Positions 1-8,370 of a stretch of DNA of 64,000 bases are shown here, piece after piece. The stretch is from Anaerolineales bacterium (lineage in GTDB: Bacteria > Chloroflexota > Anaerolineae > Anaerolineales > Villigracilaceae): assembly GCA_020634885.1 (NCBI GenBank), contig JACKAW010000011.1:844-64843 (forward strand), written 5' to 3'. Made by a program: the position numbers and the translations under genes. The notes under the pieces were generated by a model. It saw only the letters and a list, made by a program, of their open reading frames with translations, ran no database searches and was not told where the DNA came from. How positions within the stretch are numbered: position 1 is the stretch's first letter; every line of letters begins with the position of its first letter.

Positions 1-419
1 TCAATGAAACAGCCGATGCGCTCATTATGGCGGCGGCGGGCGCGGACTTCCGACCGGTGCATGTGGCAAAAGATAAACTCAAAAAACGAGACGGCATTCC
101 CCAGATCCAGCTTGAGGCGGCGCCCGATATTCTGAAAGCGCTGTCAAGCCCAAATGAAGGAAAGAAGCGTTTCAACGTCACGGTAGGGTTTGCGGCGGAG
201 AGTCGTGACCTGTTGGCGAATGCATCCGAAAAGCTGAAATCCAAGGGCTTAGACTTTATCGCCGCGAATGACATCTCTGCGAATGATGCCGGGTTTGCTG
301 TTGAAACCAATCGCATCACGTTGTTATTTGCAACCGGAACGCCGGAAACTTTACCGCTCATGAGTAAACATGATGCGGCTGAAAAAATCATCGAACACGT
401 TGCACGATTGCTGGAGTAA
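1..419 (+). CDS. coaBC: Phosphopantothenoylcysteine decarboxylase/phosphopantothenate-cysteine ligase CoaBC, C-terminal (CoaB) part; the 5' end lies outside the window
   Basis: The frame is open from nt 3 (NETADALIMAAAGADFRP...). It carries the FIAANDIS...GF..ETNRITLL block typical of the CoaB C-terminus. Stop at 417-419. Confidence 0.8.
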   Translation, partial: NETADALIMAAAGADFRPVHVAKDKLKKRDGIPQIQLEAAPDILKALSSPNEGKKRFNVTVGFAAESRDLLANASEKLKSKGLDFIAANDISANDAGFAVETNRITLLFATGTPETLPLMSKHDAAEKIIEHVARLLE

Positions 420-420
420 T

Positions 421-1152
421 ATGCGAATTTTGGTCATGTCTGATATTCATGCGAACTATACTGCGCTCGAAGCGGTATTAAAAGATGCCGGGGCTGTGGA
501 TGAAACCTGGTGTCTCGGCGATCTGGTAGGCTACGGACCCGATCCCAACGCGGTAGTGGAGGAAATACGCGAGATCAAAAACCTGACTTGCCTGATGGGC
601 AACCATGATGTGGGCGTCATCGGAAAAATGTCGCTTGATACTTTTAATGGGGAAGCCAAACGCTCGTTGATTTATCACGAACAGGTTCTTTCTGCCAGCA
701 ATATGGATTTCATAAAATCACTGCCATCGAATGTGAAGGTGCGCGGCGAGGCATCCATCGTTCACGGCTCTCCACGCGACCCGGTGTGGGAATATATTTT
801 GAACGCCATGACTGCCAGTTTGAATTTTGATTATTTTGACACCCCCTGGTGCTTTGTGGGACATACCCACCTGCCAAGCATGTTCATCCGCGATGAAGAA
901 CAGACGCGTATCCTGGTTTCTCCAACCCAACCCGATACTATCGTTCAACTTCGCCCAAAAATGATCTTAAACCCGGGGTCGGTTGGTCAGCCGCGAGACC
1001 GCGACCCGCGCGCCTCCTACGCCATTTACGATACCGAAGCAAGAACATGGACGCCCAAACGGGTTACTTATAATATCCCCGAAGTACAGGAACGCATCCG
1101 GGCGGCGAAATTACCGGAAAAACACGCCATACGAATCGCCGAAGGCTGGTAA
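421..1152 (+). CDS. Metallophosphoesterase family protein (YfcE/MJ0936-like)
   Basis: MRILVMSDIHAN, GDLVGYGPDP, GNHD and GHTH metallophosphoesterase motifs. I prefer the ATG at 421, right after the coaBC stop, over the track start at 370, which overlaps coaBC. Confidence 0.85.
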   Translation: MRILVMSDIHANYTALEAVLKDAGAVDETWCLGDLVGYGPDPNAVVEEIREIKNLTCLMGNHDVGVIGKMSLDTFNGEAKRSLIYHEQVLSASNMDFIKSLPSNVKVRGEASIVHGSPRDPVWEYILNAMTASLNFDYFDTPWCFVGHTHLPSMFIRDEEQTRILVSPTQPDTIVQLRPKMILNPGSVGQPRDRDPRASYAIYDTEARTWTPKRVTYNIPEVQERIRAAKLPEKHAIRIAEGW

Positions 1153-1164
1153 TATCCCACAAAA

Positions 1165-1196
1165 GTCCTCTCAACTGCCAGAGAGGGCTTTTTCTT
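1165..1196 (+). terminator. Stem-loop plus T-run after the phosphoesterase gene
   Basis: gtcctctc-N8-gagagggc followed by tttttcttt. Confidence 0.55.
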
Positions 1197-1286
1197 TGTC
1201 AGAAGTTGTAAAATAGTAAGGAACAAATAGTTCGATTCCATCGTCCTTTTGGAAGAGAAATCACCAAAGGAAAAGGAGAATGAGAA

Positions 1287-2261
1287 ATGAAACGCCTGTT
1301 ACCGTATAGTCTTATTTTGATCACCGCTGTCATTGTAGGAGCCTGTGGAGCCGGAGCCGCGCCGGAATACGCCATGGAAGCGCCTGCCGCTCCAGCAGAA
1401 TATGGCGCCGCCCCGGCATCTGAAGAATTGTATCTTGGAGATACAGTTGAGTATTCAGAGGAAGCTGCACGCGCTGGCAATGGTGGTGGGGGTGTAGACG
1501 CGACTCAGGTACAACGCCTCGTCATCCAAAACGCAGATATCACGGTCGTCGTTTCGGATGTGGAACTACGTATGGAAGATATCGGCGGTATGGCAGAGGA
1601 AATGGGCGGCTTTGTTGTATCTTCCAACCTGTACCAGAGCTACACCAGCAATTATGTACAGGTTCCCGAAGCCAGTATCAATGTGCGCGTACCCGCCGAA
1701 AAACTGGACGAAGCCCTTGACCTGATCAAGAAAGACACCGTTGAAATACGCAGTGAAACCCGCTCCGGTACAGATGTCACCGCCGAATACGTGGACTTGA
1801 AATCACGGCTCAAAACTTATCAAGCCGCTGAAAAAGAACTGACCGAGTTAATGGAGAGCGCACAAGACACGGATGAGGTTGTAAACATCTTCAACCAATT
1901 AATGTACTACCGCGAACAGATCGAGGTCTTGCAAGGTCAGATCAAGTACTATGAAGAAGCCGCCGCGCTTTCTTCCATCAACATCCGTCTGATCGCAGAA
2001 GAGACCATTCAGCCGGTAACGATCGGCAAATGGGAACCGAAGGGTGTGGCGCTCGAAGCGATCCAGGACCTGCTTGATTTCTGGAAAAACTTTGTAGACT
2101 TTATGATCCGATTCATCGTCTTTACCCTGCCCGTGCTTATCACCATCGGCATTCCACTCTACTTCGGTTTCATTGGACTGCGTTGGGTCTTCCGCAAGTT
2201 GCGCGGCAACAAGAAACCCAAAGCTGCTGAAAGCAAAAAAGAAGAGGAACCAAAAAAGTAA
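1287..2261 (+). CDS. DUF4349-like membrane-anchored protein
   Basis: N-terminal signal/lipobox-like VGAC, a coiled-coil block (DVTAEYVDLKSRLKTYQAAEKEL) and C-terminal TM helices with a Lys-rich tail, as in DUF4349 proteins. GGAG RBS upstream. Confidence 0.65.
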   Translation: MKRLLPYSLILITAVIVGACGAGAAPEYAMEAPAAPAEYGAAPASEELYLGDTVEYSEEAARAGNGGGGVDATQVQRLVIQNADITVVVSDVELRMEDIGGMAEEMGGFVVSSNLYQSYTSNYVQVPEASINVRVPAEKLDEALDLIKKDTVEIRSETRSGTDVTAEYVDLKSRLKTYQAAEKELTELMESAQDTDEVVNIFNQLMYYREQIEVLQGQIKYYEEAAALSSINIRLIAEETIQPVTIGKWEPKGVALEAIQDLLDFWKNFVDFMIRFIVFTLPVLITIGIPLYFGFIGLRWVFRKLRGNKKPKAAESKKEEEPKK

Positions 2262-2278
2262 CCGGCAACAAATAATGA

Positions 2279-2310
2279 GAGGACGGCATGGATGCCGTCC
2301 TCTTTTTTTT
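2279..2310 (+). terminator. Rho-independent terminator
   Basis: gaggacggca-tgga-tgccgtcctc followed by T8. Confidence 0.8.
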
Positions 2311-2339
2311 ATGGAACGGCATGGGTATAATCTTCTCTC

Positions 2340-3050
2340 ATGGACTCATTAATTCAAGATGCACAGAACCTTTTCAACGTTCACCTAACTGCACGTCAAA
2401 TGGCGGCGCTCAGCCGGTATGAAAAGGAATTGATGGAATGGAATCAAAAGTTCAACCTCACCGCCATTCGGGATGTTGAGTCCATACGTACCAAACACTT
2501 TTTGGATTCGTATTCCTGTGTTCTCGCGTGGAAAGCCACCCCGCCGCGCCGCCTCATTGATGTGGGTACGGGCGCGGGTTTCCCCGGCATTCCGCTAAAG
2601 ATCATCTATCCGATGATGCATGTCACGCTGGTTGAATCGGTCGGCAAAAAGGTCAAGTTTTGCCAGCATGTGGTCCAAACCCTCGAACTGGACGACATTG
2701 AAGTGATCCACTCACGCGCCGAAGATATTGGACAAAACCCCGCACACCGTGAAAGCTACGACTGGGCAGTGGCTCGCGCTGTGGCGCAACTCAATATCCT
2801 GAGCGAGTACCTGCTGCCTCTGGTGAAACTGGGCGGAACAATGCTCGCCCAAAAAGGCGAGACGGGTCCCGCCGAGGCACAGTCGGCGGAAAAGGCAATG
2901 AAATTACTGGGTGGAAAACTCAGGCAGTTGATCCCCGTCGAATTACCCGGCGTTGCAGATATACGCCACCTGGTGATCGCAGATAAGGTCGCCGCCACGC
3001 CGCCAAAATATCCGCGCAAGGCAGGCATTCCCATGAAGACCCCTCTTTAA
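2340..3050 (+). CDS. rsmG: 16S rRNA (guanine527-N7)-methyltransferase RsmG
   Basis: FNLTAIRD, KHFLDS and DVGTGAGFPGIPLKI (SAM motif I), with the typical ~235 aa length. Confidence 0.9.
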   Translation: MDSLIQDAQNLFNVHLTARQMAALSRYEKELMEWNQKFNLTAIRDVESIRTKHFLDSYSCVLAWKATPPRRLIDVGTGAGFPGIPLKIIYPMMHVTLVESVGKKVKFCQHVVQTLELDDIEVIHSRAEDIGQNPAHRESYDWAVARAVAQLNILSEYLLPLVKLGGTMLAQKGETGPAEAQSAEKAMKLLGGKLRQLIPVELPGVADIRHLVIADKVAATPPKYPRKAGIPMKTPL

Positions 3051-3052
3051 AC

Positions 3053-3089
3053 AAAAAGGGCAGAAGTCTCAACGACTTCCGCCCTTTTT
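3053..3089. terminator. Bidirectional terminator between convergent rsmG and the cupin gene
   Basis: A5-gggcagaagtc-N5-gacttccgccc-T5. Confidence 0.75.
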
Positions 3090-3092
3090 ATT

Positions 3093-3455
3093 TCAGCAAC
3101 CTTCTTCCACAATCTTGATCACATCTTCCTTATTCGGCACAATACACAAAAACTCGAACGGTTCACTACCCGTATTCTCATACGAATGAATCGCCCCCGC
3201 CGGAATGTAAACGGCGTCACCAGCCCGAACTTGATGTGTCTCATCGCCAATGGTGATGGTAGCTTCACCCCGTAGAACATACTGTTCATGTTCCACTTCA
3301 TTGGTATGACGAGGCATTCCACCTCCAGGCTTCATTGCGAACTTCCGCAACGCAAAATTTGGTCCCTCTTGAGAAGAGATCAATACCTGAATGGTCGTAT
3401 CTTTACCGGCAGCAACATTTTTTGCTTCGACCTCGGTTGAATGTTTTACAGTCAT
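3093..3455 (-). CDS. Cupin domain protein
   Basis: Two-motif cupin signature (GGGMPRHTNEVEHEQYVLRGE ... VYIPAGAIHSYEN). I prefer the ATG at 3455, which has a GGAGG RBS 5 nt upstream, over the TTG at 3467. Confidence 0.8.
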   Translation of the reverse strand: MTVKHSTEVEAKNVAAGKDTTIQVLISSQEGPNFALRKFAMKPGGGMPRHTNEVEHEQYVLRGEATITIGDETHQVRAGDAVYIPAGAIHSYENTGSEPFEFLCIVPNKEDVIKIVEEGC

Positions 3456-3465
3456 GGCAGCCTCC

Positions 3466-3498
3466 AAAAGAAAACTTCCGAAGTTTCAACTTCGGAAG
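3466..3498 (-). terminator. Stem-loop plus U-run between the cytochrome b561 gene and the cupin gene
   Basis: On the minus strand, cttccgaag-N6-cttcggaag is followed by ttttctttt and then the cupin RBS. Confidence 0.55.
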
Positions 3499-3509
3499 TC
3501 CATTGTATT

Positions 3510-4043
3510 CTATTTCCCGAACCACATCCGTGCAAGCAAGTTATCCTTCTTGATAAACTGATGGAACAAGGCTGCACCAACATGCAAGGCGACCAGCCCA
3601 AGCAGCAGCCAGGAGAATAATCCATGCCCGACGCGAGGGAGATACTCAAAGAAGTTGGCAGGGTAGGGTGCAGCTCCACTAAAGACGGCAGGCAGGTTCG
3701 CCATTTGGAACAACCCCAAACCGCTTGCAACCATTCCCAGCATTAACACATATAAAAGGATATGCACAGCGCGCCCGATGAAGTTCAACGCGGCGTTTCC
3801 GGCATCTGCCGGAGCGGGGCGCTTCGCGGCGAAGAGCATGACAATGCGCACAAGTAACAGGACACCGATCGTCATACCAATGAATGCATGGCTTTGCAGC
3901 ATCATCGGCTTTTGCGGGTCGGTTGGGTCTATGCCGGGCATTACGGTCTTTCCAACGCCGAGCATCATAACAATAAGCAACGCCATCAGCCAATGAATGA
4001 CAACATGAACAGGGTGGTACCGTTTGGGTGTATTTTCAGACAT
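3510..4043 (-). CDS. Cytochrome b561 family membrane protein
   Basis: Four predicted TM helices with the conserved His pattern (RYHPVHVVIHWLMAL ... HVGAALFHQFIKKDNLLARM) of bacterial CybB/YceJ-type cytochrome b561. Confidence 0.75.
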   Translation of the reverse strand: MSENTPKRYHPVHVVIHWLMALLIVMMLGVGKTVMPGIDPTDPQKPMMLQSHAFIGMTIGVLLLVRIVMLFAAKRPAPADAGNAALNFIGRAVHILLYVLMLGMVASGLGLFQMANLPAVFSGAAPYPANFFEYLPRVGHGLFSWLLLGLVALHVGAALFHQFIKKDNLLARMWFGK

Positions 4044-4182
4044 ATCTCTCTCCTCTTTTGTGTGATACAGACTATCTCTTAAATTCCTTTCTTACAACTC
4101 GTTGCGGGTGTAAAATGGACAAGTTCACATATATTTCCCCGTCGTCTTTCGGCGGGTACCTCAAACTCAGGAGAAACTCCCC

Positions 4183-4611
4183 ATGTACCACACCCTTATC
4201 ATCGTCGGCAATTTAGGCAAAGACCCGGAAATGCGCTACACCCCATCCGGGCAGGCAGTCACGTCCTTTTCTGTGGCAACCAGCCGCCAATACACCGCAG
4301 GCAATGGCGAACAAGTAAAAGAAACCGTCTGGTTCCGCGTTTCAGCCTGGGGCAAAACCGCAGAAGTTTGCAACCAATATCTCAAGAAAGGTTCCAAAGT
4401 TCTGGTGGAAGGTCGCCTCACGCCCGATAAAACCACCGGCGGTCCGCGCATCTTCACCCGTGGAGACGGCTCCGCAGGCTCTTCATTTGAAGTGACAGCC
4501 GCCACGGTTCGCTTCCTCTCCTCTCGCGGTGAAGCGGATAGCGGTCCCATGGCAGGCGGAGGCGGCATGGATATGGTCGAAATGCCCCCGGAAGATGATA
4601 TTCCGTTCTAA
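4183..4611 (+). CDS. ssb: Single-stranded DNA-binding protein
   Basis: OB-fold N-terminus (IIVGNLGKDPEMRYTPSGQAVTSFSVAT), a Gly-rich linker and the acidic tail DDIPF. AGGAG RBS. Confidence 0.95.
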   Translation: MYHTLIIVGNLGKDPEMRYTPSGQAVTSFSVATSRQYTAGNGEQVKETVWFRVSAWGKTAEVCNQYLKKGSKVLVEGRLTPDKTTGGPRIFTRGDGSAGSSFEVTAATVRFLSSRGEADSGPMAGGGGMDMVEMPPEDDIPF

Positions 4612-4620
4612 CAAATCAAC

Positions 4621-4654
4621 AGCCCCTAAAGGTTTATAAAAACCTTTAGGGGCT
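4621..4654 (+). terminator. Terminator after ssb
   Basis: Perfect palindrome agcccctaaaggttt-ataaa-aacctttaggggct followed by an A/T-rich run. Confidence 0.7.
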
Positions 4655-4666
4655 CAATAAAAAATC

Positions 4667-5005
4667 ATGACAACTCCCCCAATCCCACCAAACAAACCCA
4701 CCGGACCCATTCTTGAAGTCCCCGCAGGCTTGGAACCCACATACGTCAACCTCGCCCGTATCGCTCATTCTCCCTCTGATATCGTTATAGATTTTGCCCA
4801 CCTGCTCCCTGGCGAGGTACGCGCAAAAATCCGCTCACGTGTGGTCATGACCCCGCTAAGCGCCAAACTACTACTCAAAGCGCTTGCCGAAAACATCTCT
4901 CGGTACGAGGCAGCCTACGGTGAAATTCATGTACCGGTCAATTCATCACTGGCAGATAATCTCTTCCGCCCGTTTCAACAACCGCCCGAACCACCCAAAG
5001 AATAA
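4667..5005 (+). CDS. DUF3467-like small protein
   Basis: The YVNLARIAHSPSDIVIDFAHL block resembles the DUF3467 family core. No other motif found. Confidence 0.5.
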   Translation: MTTPPIPPNKPTGPILEVPAGLEPTYVNLARIAHSPSDIVIDFAHLLPGEVRAKIRSRVVMTPLSAKLLLKALAENISRYEAAYGEIHVPVNSSLADNLFRPFQQPPEPPKE

Positions 5006-5007
5006 CC

Positions 5008-5697
5008 ATGCACAAACTGGAAACAATCGCCGACCACATCCGAAAGAGTTTCGACCTGCGCACCGCCGCACGCGACCAGGCATTAACCCAGGCTCGCCAA
5101 CTTACCCGCGCCTGCTCGCTCGCCATCCGCGCTGTACACCGCGATGACCTTGAAACCATGCAGGCGCAACTACTCGAAGCCCGCGCCCTCGCAGAAACCC
5201 TGCGAACCGCACTTGCAAACCACCCCGATCTCTTTCATGCCGGATACACCCAGGACGCGCTCAAGGAATTTGTAGAAGCCAATGTCACCTGTGCGCTGAT
5301 CAAAAGCCAACCGCTTCCGACTCCCGAAGAGCTGTCCGTTGAACCCGCAACCTATCTCAACGGATTGGCAGAAGTGGTCGGCGAACTACGTCGCCGCACC
5401 CTCGATATTCTGCGCCACGGCTACTCGACAGAAGCTGAACGTCTGCTCGGTATTATGGATGAGATCTACTCCATTCTCGTCACCATGGATTACCCCGACG
5501 CCATCACCAACGGTCTGCGCCGCCAAACCGACCTGGCACGCGGCATCATCGAAAAGACGCGCGGCGATATCACCTTTAGTCTGCGCGGTGGTCATCTGGA
5601 ACAAGCCATCGGGCGGCTGCTCAACCAAATGGGCAGCGACCCGGCTCAAGGTCCAGATGGAGCCGAAACGATCCCCACCATGGACGAGGATGATTAG
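5008..5697 (+). CDS. Translin-family protein (putative)
   Basis: All-helical ~229 aa protein with YLNGLAEVVGELRRRTLDIL, which resembles the translin/TRAX family signature. It starts 3 nt after the previous stop. Confidence 0.5.
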   Translation: MHKLETIADHIRKSFDLRTAARDQALTQARQLTRACSLAIRAVHRDDLETMQAQLLEARALAETLRTALANHPDLFHAGYTQDALKEFVEANVTCALIKSQPLPTPEELSVEPATYLNGLAEVVGELRRRTLDILRHGYSTEAERLLGIMDEIYSILVTMDYPDAITNGLRRQTDLARGIIEKTRGDITFSLRGGHLEQAIGRLLNQMGSDPAQGPDGAETIPTMDEDD

Positions 5698-5701
5698 AAG
5701 T

Positions 5702-6316
5702 ATGGCTGTCAAAAAAGGCGGACGAAAATATCCACTTGTCATTTTCACCACCATGCTCAGCCGATGGTGGACGGCGGTATTCACGCTTGGGTTGGCAATG
5801 ATCGGGCTGGCTTGGATATTAAGAAGCTGGGGGTTTGAAAGCTGGCGCTGGCTGATCTTTGGCGGACTGGGTGTCGGTTTTGTTTTTATTGGTCTTATCA
5901 TATTTGCTCTTCGTAAGAGCGCCTACATTCAACCCTTCACCGATCATGTACGCATTGTGACCCCGCTCCTGCGTTTTAATATCTCATACAAACGTTTTAC
6001 GCGCACCACCACGGCAAATATGGGGTCGCTCTTCCCGCCAAAAACGATTGGCAAGGCGTTGGCAGAGGTGGTGGAGCCGCTGGCAAGAATGACTGCCATT
6101 GTGATCGAAGTGAAGGCAATGCCCATGAAGCAATCTTCGCTGCGGTTGTTTCTTTCTCCGCTTTTCTTCAAGGATAAGTCTCCGCATATTGTGATCCTTG
6201 TTGAAGATTGGATGCGTTTCAGCGCCGAAATGGACAGCCTGCGCCACGGCGGCGAGATCGCTGCGCCTGCGCACCGGCGTGATATATCCATTCTTTCCAA
6301 ACTTCCCAAGAAATGA
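5702..6316 (+). CDS. Hypothetical membrane protein (two N-terminal TM helices plus a soluble domain)
   Basis: An internal ATG at 5702 (MAVKKGGRKYPLVIF...) follows the translin-like stop. The 5339-5701 part of the track ORF overlaps the upstream gene out of frame. The stop overlaps the next start (ATGA). Confidence 0.55.
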   Translation: MAVKKGGRKYPLVIFTTMLSRWWTAVFTLGLAMIGLAWILRSWGFESWRWLIFGGLGVGFVFIGLIIFALRKSAYIQPFTDHVRIVTPLLRFNISYKRFTRTTTANMGSLFPPKTIGKALAEVVEPLARMTAIVIEVKAMPMKQSSLRLFLSPLFFKDKSPHIVILVEDWMRFSAEMDSLRHGGEIAAPAHRRDISILSKLPKK

Positions 6317-6723
6317 ATATTTATTTTGCATGTTCCATCACAGGCGGGCGTGAGCTTGAATCGTTCTACCGTGATTTTGTCGCCGCACTTGAATCGGATG
6401 GGCACATCATCCCAACATCACACCTTGCCCAGTCTGAATCCATGGAAGGTGAGCGTTTACTTTCTGCACATGATGTGTATGAACGGGATGTAAAGTGGAT
6501 TCGTGAGTGTGATGCGTTGATCGCCGAGGTGGGGGTCCCCTCACATGGTGTAGGGTATGAGATCGGGTATGCGTTGCAATTAGGAAAGCCTGTTTTATGC
6601 CTTGCTGGAAAGGACAGGCGGGTTTCAAAAATGATCACAGGCAACCCGGCGGTTTCGATGAAAACGTATAATGTATTGGAAGAGGCGCTAAAAGAGGTAC
6701 GCGAATTTCTTAAGAGTATGTAA
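6313..6723 (+). CDS. Nucleoside 2-deoxyribosyltransferase-like / DNPH1(Rcl)-like N-hydrolase
   Basis: MNIYFACSITGGRE ... VYERDVKWIRECDALIAEV..PSHGVGYEIGYA matches the Rcl/DNPH1-type signature. Confidence 0.65.
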   Translation: MNIYFACSITGGRELESFYRDFVAALESDGHIIPTSHLAQSESMEGERLLSAHDVYERDVKWIRECDALIAEVGVPSHGVGYEIGYALQLGKPVLCLAGKDRRVSKMITGNPAVSMKTYNVLEEALKEVREFLKSM

Positions 6724-6851
6724 TTTTTTATGTGATTCATCATCTGTAATTTGTGACAAATTACGATACCGAAAAACGGGGCAATGATTTAACATCATCA
6801 ACGGAGACCGTTGCAGACACCTCTAAAAGATCGTCTCCTCCTTTGGCGAAA

Positions 6852-6880
6852 GTTGATGCCGGGTTTTGCCCGGCATCAAC
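6852..6880. terminator. Stem-loop between convergent genes
   Basis: gttgatgccggg-ttttg-cccggcatcaac. Confidence 0.6.
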
Positions 6881-6907
6881 ATTTTAATTCTTATTAATTG
6901 GGGAAAA

Positions 6908-8359
6908 TTAAACTACAGAAGTGGGCAGTAATACAACAAAGGCAGAACCAAAGCCCAGTTTGGATTCAACCCACACCCTGCCCTGGTGGCTATCCACCAC
7001 TGATTTGACAATTGCCAATCCCAGCCCAGACCCTTCAACACCTTCGGGGCGATTTGAAGCACGGAAGAATTTTTCAAAGACCCGGCTTTGTTCATCTGCC
7101 GGAATCCCCGGTCCGCTGTCCTGAATTCGTAGAACCAGTTGGTTTTCTTGCATTGCCATACCAACTTTGACAATGCCGCCCTCGGGTGTGTATTTAATGG
7201 CGTTTCCGAGCAGGTTATCGATCATCTGCCGAATACGAATGGGGTTTGCCCGCAAGGGTTTCAGGCTGCCTGAAATTTCGGTTTGTATCTGAATATTTTT
7301 ATTTTTGATCTGGGTATCGAAGACTGCCAGTGAATATTCAAGTACATTTTGCAAATGCACTGACTCGCGGCGGGTATCAAAGCCTGATTCCAAACGCCCA
7401 AGGTCTAGCAGTTCGTTCACCAGGTTGGTCATGTGGTGAACACTGGCTTGAAGCCTTTTAAGAAATTCCTGCTGCGATTCGTTCAAGGTTCCCACGCGCT
7501 CGATCAACTCCATGTACCCCAATACAGAGGTCAACGGTGAGCGCAGGTCGTGAGAAACGGTATGCACAAAATCATTCTTAAGTCGGTCTATTTCCTTAAT
7601 GTAGGAAATATCCTGCATGGTTACGGCACTGCCAATGCGTGGAATGGGAGCATACTGTGCATTGAATACGCGTCCATCGTCAAAATTAACTTCATGGTAT
7701 TTCAATACACCATCACGGGCGCGGTCGATCAGGGCGTTTAAATCTGCGTTGGAGATCACATCATGGACGTGTTTTCCCTCGATCGGGAATTCACTCAGCC
7801 CAAATATTTCATGGATCGTCTGGTTGGCAAACAGGATATTGCGCTTCTCATCCATGACAAGCACGCCATCTTGAATATTGGAGATGATCGCCTCCAACTT
7901 GCTGCGTTCTGCTTCAGATATCTTTGCCTTTTGCTCCAGTGAAGCCGTGGTGCGTTTCACCTCACGGCGAAGCCAGTCGCCCAGTTTTCCAGCGCGGATC
8001 ATGCTGCGCTTGATCTCATTAACAATATCATCCGTTCTAAGAGGGGCGTGTAAATAGCCGCTCATGCCTGCTTGAATGGCGCTCATCGCCAGTTGTGGGG
8101 TTTCCTGGCTGGAATATAAAACGATGGGAATTGTAGGAAAGCGGTCCAGCACATCTGCCGCAATGGTAAAAACATCACCGCCTTCAAACTGTTCACCCAC
8201 GACGATCAAGGCGGGAAACGCCTCTTGAATGGATTTATCCATACTTTCGCGGTTATGTGCAACAGCCACTTCAAAACCCGAAGCGCGCAAAACCCGCATC
8301 ATTAAATCCAGAGTGGGGGAAGTTTCAAGGGCAAGTAATATCAGATCTTTTTTTGGCAT
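6908..8359 (-). CDS. Sensor histidine kinase with N-terminal pseudo-receiver, PAS, HisKA and HATPase_c domains
   Basis: H-box HTVSHDLRSPL, N-box NLLGNAIKYT, G1 DSGPGI and G2 GSGLGLAIV. A PAS-like segment is present (IQDGVLVMDEKRNILFANQ). The N-terminal REC-like fold lacks the acceptor Asp (ALIVVGEQ). Confidence 0.9.
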   Translation of the reverse strand: MPKKDLILLALETSPTLDLMMRVLRASGFEVAVAHNRESMDKSIQEAFPALIVVGEQFEGGDVFTIAADVLDRFPTIPIVLYSSQETPQLAMSAIQAGMSGYLHAPLRTDDIVNEIKRSMIRAGKLGDWLRREVKRTTASLEQKAKISEAERSKLEAIISNIQDGVLVMDEKRNILFANQTIHEIFGLSEFPIEGKHVHDVISNADLNALIDRARDGVLKYHEVNFDDGRVFNAQYAPIPRIGSAVTMQDISYIKEIDRLKNDFVHTVSHDLRSPLTSVLGYMELIERVGTLNESQQEFLKRLQASVHHMTNLVNELLDLGRLESGFDTRRESVHLQNVLEYSLAVFDTQIKNKNIQIQTEISGSLKPLRANPIRIRQMIDNLLGNAIKYTPEGGIVKVGMAMQENQLVLRIQDSGPGIPADEQSRVFEKFFRASNRPEGVEGSGLGLAIVKSVVDSHQGRVWVESKLGFGSAFVVLLPTSVV

Positions 8360-8370
8360 GAATTTTGAGC

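Noticed and set aside
1225-1250. tRNA-like T-loop string (agttcgattcc) in the spacer before the DUF4349-like gene.
   Set aside because: The flanking bases cannot form a T-stem or a 7-bp acceptor stem, and no anticodon arm can be drawn. It is an isolated chance match to the GTTCGAnTC consensus.
5339-5701. N-terminal 121 codons of the 325-aa track ORF 5339-6316.
   Set aside because: This part overlaps the translin-like gene out of frame, and its translation is Pro/Ser/Arg/Trp-rich junk. A sensible start (MAVKKGGRKYPL..., TM helices) exists at 5702, right after the upstream stop.
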